Source: Candidatus Polarisedimenticolaceae bacterium (GTDB lineage Bacteria; Acidobacteriota; Polarisedimenticolia; Polarisedimenticolales; DASUFT01). From it: 24,000 nucleotides of DNA. The stretch spans positions 1 through 24,000 of the forward strand of contig DASUFT010000099.1 in the NCBI GenBank assembly GCA_036274395.1, given 5' to 3'. Of the stretch, positions 14,841 through 21,374 are shown one piece after another. Both the position numbers and the translations under genes were made by a program. The notes beneath the pieces were generated by a model. That model was not told where the DNA came from. It saw only the letters and a program-made list of their open reading frames with translations, and searched no databases. Position 1 is the stretch's first letter. Each line of letters starts with the position of its first letter.

Positions 14841-17393
14841 ATGAGATCCAGCAGTGGGGTGGCCTTCCTGACCCTCGTGACTCTCGCAGGCCTGCTAGTT
14901 TCACCGACGCCTTTGCCCGCCGCCGTGGTGCCGGTGGACGACGGCGGAGGTGGGGGCGGAGGTGGGGGCGGGGGCGGCGGGGGGACGCCACCTCCACCTC
15001 CACCACCCATTTGCACGCGCACCTCGCGGCTCAATCTCTCGCCGCTGGCCCAGGCCGTCCTCACGAACATCGAGACCACCTCGGGCGCCCTGGCCAAGTC
15101 CCCGACCGTGCAGAGCCTGCTCCTGACCACGTGCAATAAGCTCGAGTCTGTCCGTGTGGACGGGCCGGACATCTACGCAGGCATCCGGGATGTGATCGCC
15201 CGAGCCGATCACGAGGTGGAGATCGCCTACTACGTCTGGGAGAACGACTGTCATGCGGCACAGAGGATCGGGGAAGGTCTGATCGCCGCGCAGGCCAATC
15301 AATCGGCCTCACAGCCTCTCATCGTCCGGTTCCTCGTGGACGAGCACGCGGACTCCATCAACGACCTGCTCGTGTCTCGCTCGGACTGGATCAGCGGGGG
15401 CCTGGACACGCATCGCGTCCAGCTCCAATTCGGGGAGTCGGAGAGGAACACGGTCCTGGACGCCAACTTCCACGACAAGTACGTCGTCGTGGATGGGATG
15501 TACGTGGTCGTGACCGGCGCCAACGTGGAGAAGGTGCACAACGCCAAGACACCTCCGCAGCAGCCGTGGCACGACACCGCCTACATCGTGCAGGGGGATG
15601 CCGCGCTCTCGGCGCTCTCCGCCTTCGAACAAGTGTGGTACCGCGAGGGGACGGAGTTCTTCGAGTGCAACAACGGGGGGTGCTGGCAGCGAGCGTCCCG
15701 GTTCCCCGATCCCCCCCGGGACTGGTTGCCCGAGGAACCCAACGTCGTGGGAAACGTGCCGGTGCTGGCGGTGGGCAAGAAGCACGACTCGGGAGGGCTC
15801 GATCCCCCGAACGAGACCAACAACCCGCAGGACATCGCCTGGCTGACCGTGATGGACGGCGCGTACTACCGCATCGACATCGAGTCCCCCAACCTGAACG
15901 ACGACGCCTTTCGCGCAGCCGTCACCCGGGCGGTGGGGAGGGGGGTGACCGTCCGACTGATCGCCGCCGAAGGATTCAACGATGGGGGAGCAGATCTGCT
16001 GGGTGGGGACAACCAGGAGGTCGTCGGCGACCTGAGAGAGGACATCCGCGCGCTGTATCCCAGCCAGGCCTCCAAGTTCCAGGTGCGCTGGTACAGTCGG
16101 GACGGGCGCGAGATGATCAACGGGAACGAGGACGGGAGCGGCGCCAACCACACGAAGTACATGAGTGTCGACGATCAGCTGGCGATCGTCGGCTCGGGGA
16201 ATCACGAGACACCGGCCTGGAACATCTCCCACGAGTTCAATCTGTTGCTGGACGATCCGACCGCGACGGGACAGCTCCAGAACGCCGTGTTCACCCGCGA
16301 CTGGAGCTCGTCCATCGGCCGTTATGCGGAGATGTACGAGGGGAACGGCGGCACGCAGGACATGATCTGCCCCATCGGCATGCCTTTGGGTGTGGCGCGC
16401 ACGGAGCGGCTGGACGGGGATCCCTGCTCGAACGACGAGACGCGTTCGCTCCTTCTGCACGACGTCACCACCGGGCAGGTCCTGCGCCTCTACGACGACC
16501 CCGACGGACGATGGCAGGATGACGATTGGACGGAGATCCGCATCAAGAGGCCAGTGCCCCGGAAGTACATCGACACGTACGAGACATCCTCCGAGGACGA
16601 CGACGTCCGCGTGATCGCCCATCGGAACAACGGTCTGGACGGCAAGGTCTCGTTCGCCGAGGTGGCCTTGAGCCCGGCTGGGCCGGTGCTGGATCTCTAC
16701 GAGGGGAACGGAGGTACGCAGAACCTCGTGTGCTCGCGGAGGATCGGTGGACCGGAGACGATCGACCTCACCCAGGACGCGTCATGCAACAACGACGAGG
16801 CCAGGTCGCTCGTCCTCTACGACTGGCCCGCGGACCGCGTCATCTTCCTCTACGACGATCCCGGTGGAAACACGCAAGACGACTGGACGGCTATCGTGCC
16901 CAAGCGCGCGCTCCCCGCGAGCACGGTGAGCTCGTTCGAGACGGAGGTTTCGAACGCGGACTTCTCCGTCTATGCCTTCCGGAACAACGGACTCGACGGG
17001 AAGGTCTCCCGGATGCGGATCGGCAGCCCGAGCGAGATCGTTCCTATGGTCTCCTTCTACGAGGGAAACGGGGGCACGCAGAACAAGACCTGCGACGTCA
17101 ACCTCTACACCCGCATGGTTGACTTCACGAGCAACAGCCTGGGATGTGACAACGACGAAGCGCGCTCCCTCGTTCTCTCCTTCGCCAAGGTGGGCACCGT
17201 CCTCGATGCCTTCGACGATCCGGATTGCACCACCAACGACGACTGGACGCGTATCGTGGTGAAGCGTGAGCTGGGCAGGAAGCTGATCGGCACCTTTCAG
17301 TACTCATTTGAGGATGCCGACGTCGACGTCGACTTCCACCCGGACAACGGGCTGGATGGCAAGGTGTCCTGCATCCGGATCACCGTGCCCTAG
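14841..17393 (+). CDS. Secreted phospholipase-D-superfamily (dual HKD) protein with a Gly/Pro tract and three C-terminal ~120-aa repeats
   Basis: ATG at 14841, with GAGAGAGGTGAG upstream; the track starts at GTG 14832. The signal peptide is MRSSSGVAFLTLVTLAGLLV. A G14-T-P7 tract follows. Two HxK(x)4D motifs are present: HDKYVVVDGMYVVVTGAN and HTKYMSVDDQLAIVGSGN. Three tandem repeats then start with YEGNGGTQ. Confidence 0.85.
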   Translation: MRSSSGVAFLTLVTLAGLLVSPTPLPAAVVPVDDGGGGGGGGGGGGGGTPPPPPPPICTRTSRLNLSPLAQAVLTNIETTSGALAKSPTVQSLLLTTCNKLESVRVDGPDIYAGIRDVIARADHEVEIAYYVWENDCHAAQRIGEGLIAAQANQSASQPLIVRFLVDEHADSINDLLVSRSDWISGGLDTHRVQLQFGESERNTVLDANFHDKYVVVDGMYVVVTGANVEKVHNAKTPPQQPWHDTAYIVQGDAALSALSAFEQVWYREGTEFFECNNGGCWQRASRFPDPPRDWLPEEPNVVGNVPVLAVGKKHDSGGLDPPNETNNPQDIAWLTVMDGAYYRIDIESPNLNDDAFRAAVTRAVGRGVTVRLIAAEGFNDGGADLLGGDNQEVVGDLREDIRALYPSQASKFQVRWYSRDGREMINGNEDGSGANHTKYMSVDDQLAIVGSGNHETPAWNISHEFNLLLDDPTATGQLQNAVFTRDWSSSIGRYAEMYEGNGGTQDMICPIGMPLGVARTERLDGDPCSNDETRSLLLHDVTTGQVLRLYDDPDGRWQDDDWTEIRIKRPVPRKYIDTYETSSEDDDVRVIAHRNNGLDGKVSFAEVALSPAGPVLDLYEGNGGTQNLVCSRRIGGPETIDLTQDASCNNDEARSLVLYDWPADRVIFLYDDPGGNTQDDWTAIVPKRALPASTVSSFETEVSNADFSVYAFRNNGLDGKVSRMRIGSPSEIVPMVSFYEGNGGTQNKTCDVNLYTRMVDFTSNSLGCDNDEARSLVLSFAKVGTVLDAFDDPDCTTNDDWTRIVVKRELGRKLIGTFQYSFEDADVDVDFHPDNGLDGKVSCIRITVP
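14943..15008 (+). repeat. Homopolymeric-amino-acid coding tract (14 Gly, Thr, 7 Pro) containing a canonical G-quadruplex motif at 14952..14984
   Basis: The codons are ggc gga ggt ggg ggc gga ggt ggg ggc ggg ggc ggc ggg ggg acg cca cct cca cct cca cca ccc. G-runs lie at 14952-56, 14964-68, 14970-74 and 14979-84, separated by loops of 7, 1 and 4 nt. Confidence 0.85.
16335..17390 (+). repeat. Three tandem in-frame repeats (363, 360 and 333 nt) inside the PLD-like gene
   Basis: Repeat units start at 16335, 16698 and 17058 with tacgagggRaacggNggNacgcag (YEGNGGTQ). Shared landmarks are C...C(N/S/D)NDE(A/T)RSL(V/L)L, (Y/F)DDP, DDWT.I..KR and NGLDGKVS..(R/E)(I/V). Pairwise identity is roughly 45-50% by eye. 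Confidence 0.85.
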
Positions 17394-17405
17394 ACTAGAG
17401 AGAGC

Positions 17406-18380
17406 TCAGGGCAGCAGAATCGTGGACCCCGTGGTCTTCCGCGCCTCCAGGTCGCGGTGCGCCTGCTGGACGTCTCGCAGGGGATAGGTGCCGCCGATCT
17501 CAATCCTCACCTGGCCCCGCTGCACCGCCTCGAACAGCTCGGCGGCCCCGGCCTGCAGCTCGGCACGCTCCGCGATGTAGGTGGCGAGCGTCGGGCGCGT
17601 GACGAAGAGCGACCCCTTCTGCGAGAGGACCTGCAGGTCGAAGGGGGGCACCGGACCCGACGACTGCCCGAAGAGCGCGACCAGGCCCTTGGGCCGCAGG
17701 CAGTCCAGCGAGCGAGGGAAGGTGTCCTTTCCCACCGAGTCGTAGACGACGTCCACCCCGCGCCCGCCGGTCAGCGTGCGGACCCGGGCCACGAAATCCT
17801 CCTCGGTGTACACGATGGGGTGCGCGCACCCGTGCGCCGCCGCAAGCTCGGCCTTGGCGCGTGAGCCCACGGTCCCCAGCACGGTGGCGCCGAGGGCGGC
17901 CGCCCACTGGCAGGCGATCAGCCCCACGCCTCCTGCCGCGGCGTGCACCAGGACCGCCGTCCCCCGCGTCACCGGGAAGGTGCGCCGCAGCAGGTACCAG
18001 GCGGTGAGCCCCTTGAGCATCATGGCCGCGGCCTTCCCGTCCTCGATGCCGTCCGGCAGGGGGACCACCAGGTCGGCCCGGATGTTCCGGGCCGAGGCAT
18101 AGGCGTCCGTGGCCATGGGATAGGCCACCCGCATCCCCGGCTGCAGGGACGCGACGCCCGCCCCCACCGCCTCCACCACCCCCGCCGCCTCCCGTCCCAG
18201 CACGGCGGGAAGCGGCAGAGGGTACAGGCCGGTGCGGTGATAGACGTCGATGAAGTTGAGCCCGACCGCCGTCTGCCGGAGCTGCACCTCGCCCTGGGCG
18301 GGAGGAGGAAGCGTCTCCTCCTCGAACGACAGCACCTCGGGCCCGCCGGTGCGATGAATACGGATGACGGAGCGTTCCAT
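17406..18380 (-). CDS. qor: NADPH:quinone oxidoreductase (zinc-type alcohol dehydrogenase-like, zeta-crystallin family)
   Basis: 324 aa from ATG 18380 (MERSVIRIHRTGGPEVL). It has GLNFIDVYHRTGLYP, the nucleotide-binding AAAGGVG motif and a typical Qor C-terminus. The upstream part of the track ORF overlaps the RES gene in another frame. Confidence 0.9.
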   Translation of the reverse strand: MERSVIRIHRTGGPEVLSFEEETLPPPAQGEVQLRQTAVGLNFIDVYHRTGLYPLPLPAVLGREAAGVVEAVGAGVASLQPGMRVAYPMATDAYASARNIRADLVVPLPDGIEDGKAAAMMLKGLTAWYLLRRTFPVTRGTAVLVHAAAGGVGLIACQWAAALGATVLGTVGSRAKAELAAAHGCAHPIVYTEEDFVARVRTLTGGRGVDVVYDSVGKDTFPRSLDCLRPKGLVALFGQSSGPVPPFDLQVLSQKGSLFVTRPTLATYIAERAELQAGAAELFEAVQRGQVRIEIGGTYPLRDVQQAHRDLEARKTTGSTILLP

Positions 18381-18382
18381 GA

Positions 18383-18850
18383 TCACCCTTTCGTCTTTCC
18401 CCGGGTCAGGCGAGGGTCGAGACGGAACGGCTCGACCGCGTGCACGGAGAGCTGCCGCGCCTCGGGGTGGGCGGGGTTGAGGAGGAGGTTGCTCTCCCCC
18501 GGGACCAGCGCGGACGGAACCGACAGGACGGCCGTGCGCCGCGACTCCGCCCACGTGGACCCGAGGCGCCTCAGCTCCTGCGGGTGCTCGGGAGCGTCCC
18601 AGCCCTGGGGAAGGTCCTCAGGGAGCACCCGCTCGACGGAGGCGTCGTCGGGGAGTGCGCCGGCGATCGCGACCAGCTCCGTGTCCTCGTCACCGTCCTC
18701 GGCGTGCGCGAGGTACTCGAGCGCGGCGAGCGCGCGCGACTCCGAGGCGTAGACCAGACGGGTTCCCGCCTGATTCCAGCGGCCGGGCGTGTCCGCGCCC
18801 GCGAAGGCCCGGGGGCACTCGGCGCGCGGGCAGATCCTCCACAGGAGCAT
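18383..18850 (-). CDS. RES-domain toxin-like protein (NAD+-targeting toxin family)
   Basis: MLLWRICP...GRWNQAGTRLVYASESRALAALEYLAH...VLSVPSALVPGESNLLLNPAHPEA...VEPFRLDPRL carries the conserved Arg, Glu and Ser regions of the RES domain. The start is ATG 18850 or GTG 18868. The TGA stop lies 2 nt from the qor ATG. Confidence 0.85.
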   Translation of the reverse strand: MLLWRICPRAECPRAFAGADTPGRWNQAGTRLVYASESRALAALEYLAHAEDGDEDTELVAIAGALPDDASVERVLPEDLPQGWDAPEHPQELRRLGSTWAESRRTAVLSVPSALVPGESNLLLNPAHPEARQLSVHAVEPFRLDPRLTRGKTKG

Positions 18851-18927
18851 GCTCCCGTAGCATGCCACGCCCCGTCTGGCAGCCGGCGCCGCTTCCAGGT
18901 AGAGTCAGGGCCACACCCGAGGCTGCC

Positions 18928-19308
18928 TTGCAGACGTTGCCCTTCTTCCGCGACTGGTTCCGTGACGAGGCCCGTACCGCGACCGCCGTCCTGGGGGCAT
19001 GGGCGCTGATCTGCATCACCATGGTTCCCCTGGTCCCCGGCGGGGCCGTGCGCCTGCTGAGCGTGCTCGCGGCGGTGACCGCCGTGGATGCGGCGGAGCG
19101 CGCGTGGAACCGGCGGCGCCGCGCCTGGCGCGCCTACGGGGTGTCCGCCGCCTTCATGGTGACAGGGTTCCTCTTCGATCAGGCGAACGCGAGCGGCCTC
19201 GCCGTCGAGGCCCTGATCGCCACCGCCGTGTTCGTGACGCTGCACGTGGTGGTCGCCTCCTGGGTGCGGGCGGCGCTGGCGGTCCCCGTGCGAGGCCATC
19301 GCCCCTGA
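18928..19308 (+). CDS. Small 4-TM membrane protein (possibly the detached N-terminal TM domain of the downstream sulfatase-fold protein)
   Basis: The frame of track ORF 18655..19308 has near-uniform G/C third positions from about 18928. TTG at 18928 has GAGG 5 nt upstream, and ATG 19021 is an alternative. Four hydrophobic segments are present. The ORF ends at TGA 19306-19308, right after a C4 run. Confidence 0.55.
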   Translation: MQTLPFFRDWFRDEARTATAVLGAWALICITMVPLVPGGAVRLLSVLAAVTAVDAAERAWNRRRRAWRAYGVSAAFMVTGFLFDQANASGLAVEALIATAVFVTLHVVVASWVRAALAVPVRGHRP

Positions 19309-21374
19309 TCCTCTCCGCCTGCGCTGCCGTCTCGCTCCTGGCGGTGGCGGCGACCGCCGCACCGGACAGCGCACCGCCCCCGCCCTCCGTCCTCCTGGTC
19401 ACGATCGACACCCTGCGGGCCGATCACGTGGGCGCGTACGGCCGCCGTCCCTCTCCCACGCCGAACCTGGACCGTCTGGCCGCCTCCGGCGTGCGCTTCG
19501 ACGAGGCGCGGACGCTCGTGCCCCTGACGCTCCCCGCGCACGCGTCGCTGCTCACGGCGATGCTCCCGCCCCGTCACGGGCTGCGGGCGAACGGTCTGGG
19601 ACGGCTCAAGGAAGGCGTCACGACCCTGGCCGAGGTGCTCCGGGCACGCGGCTACCGCACCGCCGCCGTGGTGGCCTCGGTGGTGCTCGATCGCGCGCAC
19701 GGGCTCGACCGCGGCTTCGACGTCTACGACGACAATCAGCGCGTGGGCGATCGCGCCGCGTTCGGCTATGCGGAGCGCGGCGCCTCGCAGATCGCCTCCT
19801 CCGCGCAGGCCGCGCTGGGCAAGCTGCAAGGGCCGTTCTTCCTCTGGGTCCACCTGTACGACCCCCACCGTCCCTGGGTAGCGCCGGCTCGCTTCCCGGG
19901 CGGCGGCTACGACGCCGAGATCGCGTTCGCCGACGAGGCCCTGGAGACGGTGCGCCGCGCCGCCGACACGCGCGCGGGGGGGCGCCTGGTGGTGGCGGTG
20001 GCCGGCGATCACGGCGAGAGCCTGGGCGAGCAGGGAGAGGATCAGCACGGCTACACGATCCACCGTGGGGTCATGCGCGTGCCCCTGGTGCTCGCGGGCG
20101 TGGGGATCCCCCGCGGGCGCACCGTCCCCCGCACGGTGGCGCTCCTGGACCTCGCCCCCACCCTCGCGGATCTCGCGGGCACGCGCTTCCCCCAGGCGAC
20201 CGACGGCGTGTCCCTCCGCGCGGCGTGGGAGGGGAAGGCCGCCGCTGCGCCGCTGGAGCTGTGGCAGGAGACGCTGCATCCGCTCTTCGACGCGGGGTGG
20301 GCACCGCTGCGCGGCCTGCTCACCGACCGCTGGAACTTCGTGGATGCCCCCCGTCCGCGCCTCTACGACCGCGCCAGGGACCCGGGCGACAAGGTCAACG
20401 TGGCCGGTGCGCACCCCGAGGACGTCGCCGCGCTGAAGCGCCGGATGGCGCAGCGCATGGCCGCCCTCTCGGACGTGCCGGAGCCCGTGCCTTCCCTGCC
20501 GCGCCCCGGCGGGGACGATGCCGAGCGCCTGGCGCGCCTCGCCTCGCTCGGCTACCTGGCGGCACCTCCCACGCCCAAGAAGGGGGTGCGCCTCGATCCC
20601 GCGGACGGCCTCCCCGGCTTCCGGGCCATGGAGCAGGCGGACGTGCTGCTCTCCCAGGGAAAGGCCAAGGACGCGGTCGCGCTCCTGACGCCCTACGCGC
20701 AGAAGGACGACGGGAATCCGCGGCTCCACCACGCTCTGGCCAAGGCGCTGGCCGCCGACGGGCGCCTCGATCCCGCGCTCCGCGAGATCGACGCCGCCAT
20801 CGTCCTCGCCCCCAGGGAGGAGTTCCTCCGCCAGACCCGCGCCGCCATCCTGCTCCAGCAGGGGGATGTCGCGAAAGGGAAGGCGGAGCTCGAGGGGATC
20901 CTCGCCGCCAATCCGCGCGCGGTGGACGCCGCCCTCGACCTGGCGAAGCTGGCCCTCGAGCGCAAGGACTTCGAGGAGACCCGCCGGGTGCTCGAGGCCG
21001 CCCACGCCGCCGGCGCGCGCGATCCCGAGCAGCTCGCCCTCCTGGGCTCGCTCGCGCAGGCGCGGGGGGATGCGCGCGCGGCTTCCTCCTGGTTCGAGCA
21101 GGCGCTGGAGCTGCGGCCCGACTTTCCCCTGGCGCTGCTCGAGACGGGACGCGCCGCTCTGCGGCAGGGGCAGGTGGACCTGGCGGTGACGCGCTTCTCC
21201 GGCTGCACCGAGGGACCGAAGGCGTTCGAGTGCCGGATGGAGCTGGCCCGCGCCTATCTCACCGGCAAGGGGGACGCGGCGCAGGCCCGCCGCGCGCTGG
21301 AGAGCGCGCAGGCGGCGGCGCGGAACGACAGCCAGCGCGAGGAAGCGCGCAGGCGCCTGCAGTCGCTGCCGTGA
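19305..21374 (+). CDS. Sulfatase-fold (alkaline-phosphatase superfamily) hydrolase/transferase with a Thr at the nucleophile position, plus a C-terminal TPR domain; start undefined
   Basis: VLLVTIDTLRADH, PLTLPAHASLLTAMLP (Thr where Cys/Ser-type sulfatases have C/SxPxR) and AGDHGESLGEQGE define the sulfatase fold. The C-terminal ~270 aa are TPR-like helical repeats. There is no ATG, GTG or TTG in frame between the far-upstream ATG 18999 and the hydrophobic LILSACAAVSLLAVAATAA segment. The 5' coordinate given is where coding signal in this frame begins, not a verified start. Confidence 0.75.
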   Translation: MILSACAAVSLLAVAATAAPDSAPPPPSVLLVTIDTLRADHVGAYGRRPSPTPNLDRLAASGVRFDEARTLVPLTLPAHASLLTAMLPPRHGLRANGLGRLKEGVTTLAEVLRARGYRTAAVVASVVLDRAHGLDRGFDVYDDNQRVGDRAAFGYAERGASQIASSAQAALGKLQGPFFLWVHLYDPHRPWVAPARFPGGGYDAEIAFADEALETVRRAADTRAGGRLVVAVAGDHGESLGEQGEDQHGYTIHRGVMRVPLVLAGVGIPRGRTVPRTVALLDLAPTLADLAGTRFPQATDGVSLRAAWEGKAAAAPLELWQETLHPLFDAGWAPLRGLLTDRWNFVDAPRPRLYDRARDPGDKVNVAGAHPEDVAALKRRMAQRMAALSDVPEPVPSLPRPGGDDAERLARLASLGYLAAPPTPKKGVRLDPADGLPGFRAMEQADVLLSQGKAKDAVALLTPYAQKDDGNPRLHHALAKALAADGRLDPALREIDAAIVLAPREEFLRQTRAAILLQQGDVAKGKAELEGILAANPRAVDAALDLAKLALERKDFEETRRVLEAAHAAGARDPEQLALLGSLAQARGDARAASSWFEQALELRPDFPLALLETGRAALRQGQVDLAVTRFSGCTEGPKAFECRMELARAYLTGKGDAAQARRALESAQAAARNDSQREEARRRLQSLP

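Noticed and set aside
14753-15172. N-terminal 140 codons of ORF 14321..15172 -, including a striking GGGGGGVPPPPPPPPPPPPPPPP stretch.
   Set aside because: The poly-Pro/Gly stretch is simply the antisense of the Gly14/Pro7 tract of the plus-strand PLD-like gene. The extension also crosses the AT-richer intergenic spacer and the PLD start, so the real gene starts at about 14752 or 14779.
18999-19304. ATG at 18999 as the start of the sulfatase-fold protein, as in the ORF track (791 aa).
   Set aside because: It would add about 100 residues of Arg/Gly-rich sequence in a frame lacking coding-type third-position bias. The overlapping frame of the 4-TM ORF is clearly the coding one there.
19179-21370. 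ORF 19179..21005 - (608 aa) and the first ~380 codons of ORF 20225..22108 +, both overlapping the sulfatase-fold gene.
   Set aside because: They are shadow frames. Only the last 245 codons of 20225..22108, from GTG 21371, look like a real PAP2 membrane protein.
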